Source: Gemmatimonadota bacterium
Lineage (GTDB): Bacteria; Gemmatimonadota; Gemmatimonadetes; Gemmatimonadales; Gemmatimonadaceae
Direction: 5' to 3'
DNA: 64,000 bases
Assembly (NCBI GenBank): GCA_040389905.1
Contig: JAZJZK010000006.1
Location: 1 to 64,000, forward strand
In this document: piece by piece, positions 21,181 through 30,627 of the stretch
Numbering within the stretch: the first letter of the stretch is position 1
How the letters are laid out: every line of letters starts with the position of its first letter
Program-made: the position numbers and the translations under genes
The notes under the pieces: model-generated
Seen by the model: only the letters and a program-made list of their open reading frames with translations
Told to the model about the DNA's origin: nothing
Database searches by the model: none

Positions 21181-22575
21181 CTAGATCGCGTCCGACAGTG
21201 AGCTGAAGGTGAAGTCGCGCACCTTGATCGGCGGCATGAACGTCGCGCCGCCGGCGCCAAGTGCCTCCGACGCATTCACGCGCACCGCGGGTCCGATTGC
21301 CTCGAGATTGTTGAGAAAGAAGATCGGCGACTCGTTGAAGCGAAAGTTCTTCACGGGATGCGAGATCTTCCCGTTCTCGATCAGGAACGTTCCATCGCGG
21401 GTGAGGCCTGTCGACGAAATCGTGCGAGGGTCGGTGCCGCGAATGTACCAGAAGCGCGTGACGAGAATGCCGCGCTCCGTACTCTTGATCATGTCCGCAA
21501 TCGACGTCGTGCCGCCGAGCATGCGCAACGCCGATCCACCTCGGCCACCACCACCGCCAGAGCGCGTCGGCTTGACACCCTGCTTCTGCGCCCAGAACCG
21601 GTCGTAGTTGAGATTCTTCACGATGCCGTTCTCGATCCACGTCACCTTCTCGAGCGGCATCCCGTCGCCGTCATAGCCGCCATTCGTGCTCGGACTGTCC
21701 TCGGGATCCGTCAGCAGCGTCACGCGCTCGTCGACAACCTTCATGCCCAGCTTGTTCCCACCACCGGGCTTGGAGAAGAATGACCTGCCTTCGTCGGCAC
21801 TGCGCGCCTGCATGGCGCCCACGATGTTCTGAATCAGATTTGCTGCGGCCGTCGGCTCGAGAATCGTGACGTAGCGGCCAGGTTCGACGGCGACGGGCTT
21901 CTGTGACTTGATCGCTTTCTCGACCGCCACCGCACCAACGCGTTGCGCGTCGATGTCAGCGAAGGTATCGCCGTCGCTGCACGCCCAACCGCTACCTGAT
22001 CCGTCCGTCGTACGCACCGTCGCAGTCATCGTGACGACAGCGCTCGAGTCATAGGCGAACATGCCTTTGGAATTGCCGAGGGCGCTCGCACCCGCGCGGC
22101 ACTCGATGAATCCGGTGGCAATGAGTCCTGCCGCGCGCGCCTGTTCGGTGACCTTCTTTGCCGCTTGAGCCCGCTCCGTGGGGGACGGAAGCGTGATGAT
22201 CCGCGACTTGGGCGGCGGATACTCCTGCGGACCCAGTTCGGGCATGCGCTCTGGATTGGGCGGTACGAGCTTGGCGATTTCCGTCGCCTGGCGCGCTGCC
22301 TCGGCGAGCGACTTTTCGTCGAGACGATTCGTCGAGACGCTCGCTGAGCGGCCGTTCACGATCGCCGTGATCGTGATGTTCGTGTCGCGATTCTCGCCGC
22401 TCGTCGTCACCTGATTCAGCGCGAAGCGCGTGTCCGCACGCGCAGAACTCCCGACGCTGACGCGCGTCTCATCCGCGGGCGAATTCTTCAGCGCGCGCTT
22501 GACGATCTCCTCGGCGTCCGCACGAGAGAGAATGTCAACTGGAGCGTAGAGGGTGTGCAGGGCAACCTTGCTCAC
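21181..22575 (-). CDS. pmbA: TldE/PmbA-family subunit (copy 2)
   Basis: TRFALNQVT, EPGRYVTILEP, TGLTRDGTFLIENG, NFRFNESP; GTG 22575 overlaps tldD2 stop (GTGA). Confidence 0.88.
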   Translation of the reverse strand: MSKVALHTLYAPVDILSRADAEEIVKRALKNSPADETRVSVGSSARADTRFALNQVTTSGENRDTNITITAIVNGRSASVSTNRLDEKSLAEAARQATEIAKLVPPNPERMPELGPQEYPPPKSRIITLPSPTERAQAAKKVTEQARAAGLIATGFIECRAGASALGNSKGMFAYDSSAVVTMTATVRTTDGSGSGWACSDGDTFADIDAQRVGAVAVEKAIKSQKPVAVEPGRYVTILEPTAAANLIQNIVGAMQARSADEGRSFFSKPGGGNKLGMKVVDERVTLLTDPEDSPSTNGGYDGDGMPLEKVTWIENGIVKNLNYDRFWAQKQGVKPTRSGGGGGRGGSALRMLGGTTSIADMIKSTERGILVTRFWYIRGTDPRTISSTGLTRDGTFLIENGKISHPVKNFRFNESPIFFLNNLEAIGPAVRVNASEALGAGGATFMPPIKVRDFTFSSLSDAI

Positions 22576-24191
22576 GATTTCCGTCCCGTGTTGATGATGT
22601 TGACCTGGGTGAAGAGCGAGGGCGTGCAGCCGTGGCTCACCGAATTGCTCTGGCCCGGCTGTCCCTTGGCGTCGCCGAAGGCGCCACCCAGGTGATAGCT
22701 GCGCGGACCACCTATGACCTTCATCGAGCCCCAGAACTGCGGCGTCTTGAACTGATACGCGACGTCCTTGAGCATGCCGACGATCTTGCCGCCCTTCACT
22801 TCGTAGAACACCTGACCCGCGAACTGTCCGTTGTAACGCTGCTGGTCGATCGAGAATGAACCATCGCCGACAATGGCGATACCCTTGTCCATCTGCGAGA
22901 TCATGTCCTCCCAGACGTAGTCGTTCTTGCCGGGCTGGATGGACACGTTCGGCATGCGCTGGAATTGCACGTCGGCCCAACTCTGCGCATAGGAGCAGCC
23001 GTAGCTCTTGACCGGCTTGCCGATCTTCTTGTAGTACCAGTCGAGCATCGAGGCCTGCTCGCGGGTCGTCTGATAGTCGACGAACACACCGTTCTTGATG
23101 ATGTCGAACTTGGTCGGCTTCACGGCTTCGTCGTCCCACCCGATTGCGCCGAGTGAGCCGGGTTGATCGCGATCGCCGACGACGTTCATGATCTTGCTGC
23201 CGAACTGCAGCTTGCCAAGCACCTTGTCGGGCGGCGCCACGAAGCTCGTTCCCGCGTAATTCGCCTCGAACCCAAGCGCACGATCGAGTTCCGTGGGATG
23301 CGCAATCGTCTCGTGAACGGTCAGCCAGAGGTTCGAGGGGTGCAACAGCAAGTCGTAGCGGCCTGGTTCGACTGGCTTCGCCGATAGCTTGGCGACTGCG
23401 TCGTTGGCCCAGATCACCGCGTTCTCCGCAAGCTTCGCGTTGATCACGTGCTCGTAGCCGAGCCCCATCGGCGCAATATCGTTGCTCTGGCGCGTCTGGA
23501 AGTCGGTGCGGTCGTCGCTCACGGCTGTGATCGACATCGACGGCGACGTGCGGTAGATCGTCTGGACGAGGTACGACCCGTCGCTCGTCATGAGCGTCTT
23601 CTCCTCCCGGAGAAAGAACATGCTCGACGTCACGTTGCGCACGCCCTTCACTTTCGCTGCCGCCTCGTTGGCCGCCAACAACAAGGCAACCTTGTCGGGA
23701 ATGGACACCGTAAACGGATCGGTCTTGATCGGACTCTTCCACTCACCGACCTGATTGCCGGGTGTCGGTGCGAGCATAACTGGCTTCAGCTGGCTCGCGC
23801 GATTGGCCTTTGCCTGTTCGAGCGCGAGGCGGGTAACGCCCGCAACGGCATCCTTTGTCAAATTGCTCGTGGCCGCAAATCCCCACGCACCATCCATGAG
23901 AGTTCGCACGCCCAGACCGTAAGTGTCCGTATCCCCGACGCCGGTGACGATCTTGTCACGCGTCCCGACGTTCTGCTGGCGGCGCGCCGAAACGCGGACG
24001 TCGCAGTAGGAGGCTCCCCCCGACTTCGCCGTATCCAGGGCCACCTGCATGAGCGCCTTGATGGCCGGATCGCCCGGCGAGGGTATGCTCGCGGCGAATG
24101 CCTCGCCGCCGGAGATGATCCTCGAGCCGACCGCCGCAGTGGCGGCAACGGCTGCTGAGGATTTCAGAAAAGTGCGTCGCGACTGGGTCAC
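22572..24191 (-). CDS. tldD: TldD-family metalloprotease subunit with Tat signal (copy 2)
   Basis: SRRTFLK Tat motif; GASYCDVR, HETIAH, QRMPNVSI. Confidence 0.92.
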   Translation of the reverse strand: MTQSRRTFLKSSAAVAATAAVGSRIISGGEAFAASIPSPGDPAIKALMQVALDTAKSGGASYCDVRVSARRQQNVGTRDKIVTGVGDTDTYGLGVRTLMDGAWGFAATSNLTKDAVAGVTRLALEQAKANRASQLKPVMLAPTPGNQVGEWKSPIKTDPFTVSIPDKVALLLAANEAAAKVKGVRNVTSSMFFLREEKTLMTSDGSYLVQTIYRTSPSMSITAVSDDRTDFQTRQSNDIAPMGLGYEHVINAKLAENAVIWANDAVAKLSAKPVEPGRYDLLLHPSNLWLTVHETIAHPTELDRALGFEANYAGTSFVAPPDKVLGKLQFGSKIMNVVGDRDQPGSLGAIGWDDEAVKPTKFDIIKNGVFVDYQTTREQASMLDWYYKKIGKPVKSYGCSYAQSWADVQFQRMPNVSIQPGKNDYVWEDMISQMDKGIAIVGDGSFSIDQQRYNGQFAGQVFYEVKGGKIVGMLKDVAYQFKTPQFWGSMKVIGGPRSYHLGGAFGDAKGQPGQSNSVSHGCTPSLFTQVNIINTGRKS

Positions 24192-24340
24192 TGGCGTTTC
24201 TGAGTAGGAGGTGGGGAAGTGCTACCGTCCAATATACGAGCAAGAGATCGTGTGCGTTCGGACTGATTGTCGCCTGCGCCTCGCGTGGACGCTGGCTTCG
24301 TGTCGGTCCAACTGCCATTTCTGGTGCGCATGGCCGTGGA

Positions 24341-24455
24341 TGTCATCCCGAGCGAAGTCGAGGGATCTGCACGCCTGTCCTGAGCGAAGCGAAGGATCTG
24401 CACCTGCTGAAAAAGTGCAGACCCTCTCGACAAAGCTTCGCCCGCTCGGGTGACA
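24341..24455. repeat. REP/MITE-like palindromic element, copy A
   Basis: TGTCATCCCGAGCGAAGTCGAGGGATCTGCAC arm, a degenerate second arm and an inverted right arm; 32 nt are identical (reverse complement) to 45122-45153. Confidence 0.88.
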
Positions 24456-24489
24456 GCCCAGGACTTGGCTGTTCAGGATGGGAATCAGG

Positions 24490-25755
24490 CTAACCCGCGC
24501 AGGACGACGTGAGGGCTCGGCCAATGGCCAGTTGCATCGGGGCAAGATCGGGGAACATGCCGCGCGCATTCGGCCCCATGTTCTGCTTGTTCGTCAGCAG
24601 CACGACCGAGAGTCCACAACTCGGCACCCCCAGCACCCACGTGCCGGTGAACCCCGTGTGTGCAAAACTGCCAGCGGGGAGCCCGGCGGGCAGCATCCAT
24701 CCGAGATAATTCCCGTAGGGATCGTGCGTGAAAAAGCGGTCGATGACGTCCGCCCGGATGTACCGACGACCGGCGTACGTACCGCGAGCCAGCAGCAAGT
24801 CGAGCAGGACGCGCACGTCGGCTGCGGTCGAGAAGAGCCCCGCATGGCCGGCGATACCACCGTTCGCATACCACGCGTTGCCGTCATCCACCTCACCGGA
24901 GAGCACATGATCGCGCCAACCATCCCAGGCGAGTGGGTCTCCGCGATAGCGGTAGCCAAATGTCGAATCGAAGACCATGTGTCGCTCGTACACGTTGCCG
25001 GACTCTGTCGCGGCGAAGTCCGTGAAGCCATGTCGCTTCGGGCGAAAGACCGTGCGCGTCAGGCCGAGTGCGCCGAACAATTCATCCTGTACGAATGTGT
25101 CGAGCCGGCGTCCGCTCACCTTTTCGACGACGCGACCGAGGAGCATGAAGCCCAGATCGCTGTAGTGGCGTCCCGAGCCAACACCCCAGCCAAGCGGCAT
25201 GCGCCGGATGGCATCGTACGTCTCATCGGGCGTGAAGGCCTGATAGTAGAGCGGTTGCCACTGCACGAGGCCCGACGCGTGGCTGAGCAGCAATCGCGGT
25301 GTGATGCTGTCGAGATGCGGGCCGCGGAAGTCGGGGAGATAGCGGTAGAGCGGGGCGTCGATGTCCACGAGTCCGCGGTCGACGAGCAGCATGATCGCGT
25401 TCGTCGTCGCCATCACCTTCGTGACCGACGCCAGGTCGAACATCGTCGTCGTTCGCATCGGTGTCGTGCGCGGCAGTGGCCGGCCATCAAAATCGTTCAA
25501 TTGCTTGACGCCATATGCCTTCTCGAGGAGGACGCGGCCATTCCTCGCCACGAGAAATACGGCGCCGGGAAACGCTGTGCCGACGTTCGCCGCGACGATC
25601 GAATCTGCTCTCGCCACTCCCTCGAGAACGACTGGTGGCGCGTGCGGCCGCGAGATGAGCGAGGCGCAGGCGCACAACGTCAGCACCGATCCAACGAATA
25701 GCGCACGCGTCGCGACGGCGGCGCGGTACCCGATGACTGGCGTACCATTTTTCAA
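24490..25755 (-). CDS. serine hydrolase, beta-lactamase/PBP family (AmiE-like), probable lipoprotein
   Basis: LASVTK (SxxK), YSD, GEVDDGNA, GHAGLFST, HTGFTG; TTG start with GGAG. Confidence 0.85.
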   Translation of the reverse strand: MKNGTPVIGYRAAVATRALFVGSVLTLCACASLISRPHAPPVVLEGVARADSIVAANVGTAFPGAVFLVARNGRVLLEKAYGVKQLNDFDGRPLPRTTPMRTTTMFDLASVTKVMATTNAIMLLVDRGLVDIDAPLYRYLPDFRGPHLDSITPRLLLSHASGLVQWQPLYYQAFTPDETYDAIRRMPLGWGVGSGRHYSDLGFMLLGRVVEKVSGRRLDTFVQDELFGALGLTRTVFRPKRHGFTDFAATESGNVYERHMVFDSTFGYRYRGDPLAWDGWRDHVLSGEVDDGNAWYANGGIAGHAGLFSTAADVRVLLDLLLARGTYAGRRYIRADVIDRFFTHDPYGNYLGWMLPAGLPAGSFAHTGFTGTWVLGVPSCGLSVVLLTNKQNMGPNARGMFPDLAPMQLAIGRALTSSCAG

Positions 25756-25811
25756 CGACTCCGACCCCGTCGGCGACCCCGCCGCGAGCGCCCCCGCCGC
25801 GAGGCCGAACC

Positions 25812-26174
25812 CTACGTCCATTCGGTGATCTTTCGCCCGTCTGCGTCCGTGAACGCGCCGACGATAATCAGGACCAGGTCAATCATGGCCCATATCCCCA
25901 ACCCGCCGAGCGTAAGCAGCTGAATGATGGCGGTGCCGGTCTTGCCTGCGTAGAAACGGTGAGCGCCGAACACGCCGAAGAGGAACGCCAGCAGTGCGGC
26001 CGGGAGGATGCGTTTCGGACTTCCCGGTTCCACATGTTCCCGCGGCTGCAACGCGTCGGCGCCCATCGGAACCAGCACCGACGAGCAGGTGGGGCAGGTC
26101 GCGGCGGTGGAATGCTTCACTCCCGCGCATTTGAGGCAATACTTCTCAGGGTAGGTCGGCGCGTACGGCGGCAA
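25812..26174 (-). CDS. zinc-ribbon + TM2 domain membrane protein
   Basis: CLKC..CPTC; FLFGVFGAHRFYAGKTGTAI..TLGGLGIWAMID; GGAGG then TTG start. Confidence 0.85.
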   Translation of the reverse strand: MPPYAPTYPEKYCLKCAGVKHSTAATCPTCSSVLVPMGADALQPREHVEPGSPKRILPAALLAFLFGVFGAHRFYAGKTGTAIIQLLTLGGLGIWAMIDLVLIIVGAFTDADGRKITEWT

Positions 26175-26235
26175 CGTGTCCTCCACAGGGCCAGGAATCT
26201 CGCGCCGCGAACAAGCCGAAATGACGGCGCACGTA

Positions 26236-26655
26236 CTAGACCGACCGGGTACGCGGCGACGGCGCCTGATCGAACCAGAGCGGTACTCCGTAATCATACG
26301 TCAGCTCTTCCCCAGCGCCAATGTCACGGAGCGCGATCACCGACATCGAGTAGGGCTCCGGGCCATTCACAAACTCGACATTGGGCTCGTCGGAGTGATT
26401 GTAGATCATGAGCAGGCCACATCCCATCGCGAGCTCCTGGCCGGGCTCGTCACCCCAGTACAACAGGTACTGGTCGAACTGCGTGTGGAGCGGCGAACGA
26501 TCGATCAGATCATCGGCGGGAACGATGATCACCGGGGAGCGCTCGACCTCCGTTCCCGCTGCGACGTCGCGCAACGCGACCACCCCGCGGCCTTTGCCGG
26601 GGATGATCGCGCACGTCACCATCGACCCCATGCCGACGGGTGTCAGGTCCTCCAC
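26236..26655 (-). CDS. SET-domain protein-lysine methyltransferase
   Basis: GKGRGVVA, YNHSDEPN, GEELTYDYG; GTG overlaps upstream TAG. Confidence 0.88.
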   Translation of the reverse strand: MEDLTPVGMGSMVTCAIIPGKGRGVVALRDVAAGTEVERSPVIIVPADDLIDRSPLHTQFDQYLLYWGDEPGQELAMGCGLLMIYNHSDEPNVEFVNGPEPYSMSVIALRDIGAGEELTYDYGVPLWFDQAPSPRTRSV

Positions 26656-29153
26656 TAGTGCACCGCGACCCTCGATCGCAAGTACGCGATCTTGTCCTCT
26701 GCTCCAGTGAACATGCCGTCGACCCATCGACCGTTCGAGAGCACATCAGCGTAAATAGATGCCTGTTCGTACTTGTTCGCTCCGAGCCCGGCGAGATACT
26801 GGAGGCGGAGGTTGCGGTCGCGGTTTACCTGTGCGTCGGCGAGATAGCCTTTGAGGTCGGAGGCACGACCGGCGAATGTCGTGAACAGGTCGACACCCGA
26901 ATTGAACCCGATCTCCGCCAGCGACTGGCGGACCTTCGCATACTCGGGCTGCGCAAGGCGAGCCTCCACAGCGTCGAGATTGATCTTGAGCGGGCCGTTC
27001 TGTCCGACGAGGACGACGTCGTAGCCCTGCCCGTTGAAGGTGTTGCCGAACACGACGCCATCGGGAAACGCCTCGAAGAACGTCGCCATCTCACTCTTCA
27101 CTGCCGGTGTGCCGGCCTCGTAGAGCTGCACGAACACCGTGACGACGCCGCCGGGATTCAGATGCTTCTTGGCTTCCTCCCAAAATTCCCGTGAGTAAAG
27201 TGTCGCTGCACCCTTGACCCACGGGTCGAACGGATCGCTTGTGATCGCATCGAACTTCTCGTTGGTCGTCAGCAGGAAATGCCGCGCGTCGTCGATGCGC
27301 ACATGCGTCTTCGGGTTCTGCACCACGCTGTAATTCTGTTCGCTGAAATACGTGCTGACCGTCGATGGCACCAGCGGCTCGATTTCGGCGATCGTGAGTC
27401 GCTCGACGGCAGGGCTGATACTCACCGCGCCCGCCGTGACGCCGGCGCCACATCCGATCACGAGAACCGACTTGGCCTTGTCGGGAATGAGCGTCGTGAG
27501 ATGCCCGAGCATTCGCTGAAGCCGCATGTCCTGCGGTTCACTCGATGCCTGCACCTTGCCCGCGTTGTGATAGTTCAGATAGCCGCTCGACAGACGCGAG
27601 ACGGCCATCGAGGAATTCATGCCCTCGCCGACGAAGATGAATTCGCCATGGCTGTTGAGCCACGTCGCCGCATAGCGGCCGTAGCCAACAAGAATCGCCG
27701 GAACGGGAATCACCGTTGACGCGAGCAGCAGCGTGAGGACGACCGTCACGACGCCCGACAGCATGCCTCGCGCCGGGTTCGTCCTCGGCCTGTCGTCGCC
27801 TTCCTCGCGTGGTGCTTCATACGACGGGACGAGCATGATCAGCGCACCGATGGCCGCGAGTGCCATGAGGACGCGCTGCGATTGCTGCGTCCCGATCGTC
27901 CCAACCAGAATCAGGCTGGCGACGAGCGCACCGATAATGGCGCCAACCGTATTGGCTGCGTACACCGTTCCAACAAGGCGGCTCGCATCGCGCTGGTCCG
28001 GTGCGGCCGCCGCGAGCGCGATGGGAAAGCTGGCGCCCCACAGGATCGACGCCGGCAGCACCACGACCAATGCGCGCACGAAGTCGATCTGGAACTGAAG
28101 CCAGGATGTGCTCGAGAGCGCCGGATTGATGGGCCAGTAGGGAAGCGCGCGCGTCTCGCAGTATGCTGCCCAGCCAATCGAGCAGACGACACCGAGCTGA
28201 CACCAGCCCAACGCGCGGCGAGGATTGGAGACGGTGCGCGCAAGGAACGACCCCATGCTGCTACCGATGCCAAGTCCGACGAGGACCGCGGCAAGAATGA
28301 GCGAGAAGGTGTACGTCGTCGCGCCGAGGAGGAGCGTCAACAGTCGTGTCCAGACGACCTCCGCGCCGAGTGCCGTCGCGCCGGAGAGCGCGATGACGAC
28401 GAACACCGGCCAGGCGTGACGCGGGATCTCGATGACGGGCCGCTTGGGATCGTCCGCCACCGGCTCGTAGGACGTCACACCTGCGAGCGCCAATCCTGCC
28501 AGTGCGACGGCGATGTTCAGTGCCACGGCAGCGAACGTCGCGACGGAGTTGTCGTACAGGCGAAGCAGGTAGAACCCCGCGAGGAGACATCCAAGAACGG
28601 CCCCCCCGATGTTGCCGCCATAGAAGAATCCGAGCCAGCTCACACCTTGCGGAGTCGCCTGCACCCATCGTGCGACGGCCGGCAGTGTAGCGCCCATCAG
28701 GACGGTCGGCGGAAGGAGGCAGATGGCGCAGAACACACCACGCACCAGCAGTCCGCCAAATCCGGAGCCACCGATCGACGTGTACAAGCCGCCGGCATAC
28801 GGGAGAATAATGAGAATCAGGATACCAAAGACCGCGATGCCGGCTTCCAGCTTGGCATACGTGCGAAGGGGGTGCTCACTGGTCTTCACGTAGCGAGGGA
28901 GCAGCAGGCTCCCTATGCACATGCCACCCATGAACGTTCCAAGGACGACGCCCATGGAGATGGCGTTCGAGCCAACGATGAGTGACAGCGATTGGAGCCA
29001 GACGATTTCGTAAATGAGCGCCGCGCAGCCCGAGCCGATGAACAGCAGGAGCATGAGGGGCAAATAGCGCTGGTCGGTAGTGGCCGCCGCGAAGGGCTGA
29101 AGCTTGGCAGGCGGCTCGGTGGCACGCCGTCGTGTCGATGGTTGCATACGCAT
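26655..29153 (-). CDS. fused multi-TM (MFS-like)/spermidine-synthase-like SAM-binding protein
   Basis: SGCAALIYEIVW and GRxYAANTxG-type TM repeats; VLVIGCGAG, EIEP, DDAR, FDAITSDPFDP. Confidence 0.88.
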   Translation of the reverse strand: MRMQPSTRRRATEPPAKLQPFAAATTDQRYLPLMLLLFIGSGCAALIYEIVWLQSLSLIVGSNAISMGVVLGTFMGGMCIGSLLLPRYVKTSEHPLRTYAKLEAGIAVFGILILIILPYAGGLYTSIGGSGFGGLLVRGVFCAICLLPPTVLMGATLPAVARWVQATPQGVSWLGFFYGGNIGGAVLGCLLAGFYLLRLYDNSVATFAAVALNIAVALAGLALAGVTSYEPVADDPKRPVIEIPRHAWPVFVVIALSGATALGAEVVWTRLLTLLLGATTYTFSLILAAVLVGLGIGSSMGSFLARTVSNPRRALGWCQLGVVCSIGWAAYCETRALPYWPINPALSSTSWLQFQIDFVRALVVVLPASILWGASFPIALAAAAPDQRDASRLVGTVYAANTVGAIIGALVASLILVGTIGTQQSQRVLMALAAIGALIMLVPSYEAPREEGDDRPRTNPARGMLSGVVTVVLTLLLASTVIPVPAILVGYGRYAATWLNSHGEFIFVGEGMNSSMAVSRLSSGYLNYHNAGKVQASSEPQDMRLQRMLGHLTTLIPDKAKSVLVIGCGAGVTAGAVSISPAVERLTIAEIEPLVPSTVSTYFSEQNYSVVQNPKTHVRIDDARHFLLTTNEKFDAITSDPFDPWVKGAATLYSREFWEEAKKHLNPGGVVTVFVQLYEAGTPAVKSEMATFFEAFPDGVVFGNTFNGQGYDVVLVGQNGPLKINLDAVEARLAQPEYAKVRQSLAEIGFNSGVDLFTTFAGRASDLKGYLADAQVNRDRNLRLQYLAGLGANKYEQASIYADVLSNGRWVDGMFTGAEDKIAYLRSRVAVH

Positions 29154-29257
29154 AGTCTGCTTGGATCACGTCATGCTTCGCAAGGAAGTCCAACGTTCCC
29201 AGCATAACAGTCGTACGACACTAGAGCAGCAGTCCCGAGAATTGTACCGGAGGCGTT

Positions 29258-30001
29258 CTGTCCGAGTTCTACGCGCAACGCCGCACGTCCATCAAGGACG
29301 GCACTGGGCTGCTCGCTTTCATCGCCGGTTGGTTTGCGTCCGCACCGTTTGGGTGGCACTACATCGCCGACGGCTTCGACAACGACGCGCCGGGGCTCGG
29401 TGTGTTGAAGTTTCTCGGCGTGGTGTTCGTCGGCGGAGCCGCGGCGGGCCTTGCGGGCCTTGCCCTGGGCGCGGCGGCGGGGCGCTTGTGGGAACACATT
29501 CACCGCCTTCGTCGCCCCGCGCAACAGGACGAAGCGATCGTCGGTCTACCCCGCGCCGCGAAAGGAACGCGCACGCCGCTTTCCATTCCGCCAGAAGCGC
29601 TCCCTCCGCTGCGCTTTGGCGTGGGCGACGTGGATGTGAACGCATATTTGGCGCTCGCTGGACTTTCGCCGCGTGCCGATGACCTCGCACGCGTCAGCGC
29701 GGCCGTCGAAAAAACGATCAACATCGGCGCGTGGAACGGCGATCGCCTGGTTGGTGTCGCCCGCATCCTCACCGATGGGTATTTCTTTGCCGCGCTCTCC
29801 GATATCGTCGTTCACTCGGCATATCGGCAACGTGGGATCGGGCGCGAGCTGATGAACCGTGCCCTCGGATGCACGCCCGCCGGCGTGCTCTATATCGTCG
29901 CACGCGACCACTCGGCGGGTTTCTTCCATGCCCTTGGCTGCGAACGCGGCTCTGCAGGCTTCACCATGCAGGCGCTCGCGAAGACTACGGCAGCAGGGTA
30001 A
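29258..30001 (+). CDS. membrane-anchored GNAT acetyltransferase (CTG start proposed; first canonical start GTG 29402)
   Basis: LVGVAR, LSDIVV..YRQRGIG acetyl-CoA motif; open frame from TAG 29222; GGAGG 4 nt before CTG 29258. Confidence 0.75.
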   Translation: MSEFYAQRRTSIKDGTGLLAFIAGWFASAPFGWHYIADGFDNDAPGLGVLKFLGVVFVGGAAAGLAGLALGAAAGRLWEHIHRLRRPAQQDEAIVGLPRAAKGTRTPLSIPPEALPPLRFGVGDVDVNAYLALAGLSPRADDLARVSAAVEKTINIGAWNGDRLVGVARILTDGYFFAALSDIVVHSAYRQRGIGRELMNRALGCTPAGVLYIVARDHSAGFFHALGCERGSAGFTMQALAKTTAAG

Positions 30002-30398
30002 AGCGCCTTGCGTGGCGCGGGCGCACGACTCCGAAATGCCGGCGATCTGTGGTCAGTAGTTCGCGGGCATCGAAGCGCTCGGCGAGAGCAACGATGCTTG
30101 CATCGACAAAGCCAAGGGGAAAATCCGAATACTCGCTCATCACGTCAGCGGCTCGGCTCATGTCCTCTGCTTCGACCTGCTCCAGTGCAAACTCGCCGTT
30201 GGCAACGCTCTGGATGAACGCCTGCTCTGCCTCCACGCCGATGCGCGTCTGGAGCAGGTAGGCAACCTCAGGGAGAACCGTTACCGGAACGGTTACAGCG
30301 CTCGTTGACTCGCTCCACCAGGTCACGACGCGTGTGTGCCAGGCATCGCTCTTGTCGACAAGCGCGTAAAGCGCACCGGTGTCAGCGATGACCGTCAC
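29985..30398 (-). CDS. vapC: PIN-domain (VapC) toxin
   Basis: IADTG, VLPE, GFVDASIVA, TTDRRHF. Confidence 0.9.
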   Translation of the reverse strand: MTVIADTGALYALVDKSDAWHTRVVTWWSESTSAVTVPVTVLPEVAYLLQTRIGVEAEQAFIQSVANGEFALEQVEAEDMSRAADVMSEYSDFPLGFVDASIVALAERFDARELLTTDRRHFGVVRPRHARRFTLLP

Positions 30399-30625
30399 GC
30401 GTGCGGGTCGCGCCAGAGCAGTTCGTCCACGCGCACGGAGGTGTCCGCCGTTCCGCTCGCGAAGCGTCCCGCGATCGAGGGCAGGGTTCCTGCGCTGCGC
30501 GGTTTGTCGAGATACTCCATGAGCGCCTCCCTCACGAGTGTGGCGTAGCTGACGTTCTGTTTCTGCGCCATCCGCTGCAGGCGCTTGAGCAAATCTTCGT
30601 CGATGAACATCGTCGTGCGCTTCAT
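30395..30625 (-). CDS. CopG/ribbon-helix-helix antitoxin
   Basis: MKRTTMFIDEDLLKRL..SYATLVREAL RHH pattern; ATGA overlap with PIN gene. Confidence 0.85.
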   Translation of the reverse strand: MKRTTMFIDEDLLKRLQRMAQKQNVSYATLVREALMEYLDKPRSAGTLPSIAGRFASGTADTSVRVDELLWRDPHA

Positions 30626-30627
30626 GG

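Noticed and set aside
21181..23742. 853-aa ORF suggesting a TldD-TldE fusion or frameshift
   Set aside because: The extension is an off-frame overlap of tldD2; TldE starts at GTG 22575 with normal GTGA coupling
15796..24340. RiPP precursor peptide near the tld/GT4/PhyH genes
   Set aside because: No short ORF with an RBS and leader/core character in the intergenic gaps
24341..24455. CRISPR-like repeats
   Set aside because: Inverted arms rather than regularly spaced direct repeats; no cas genes
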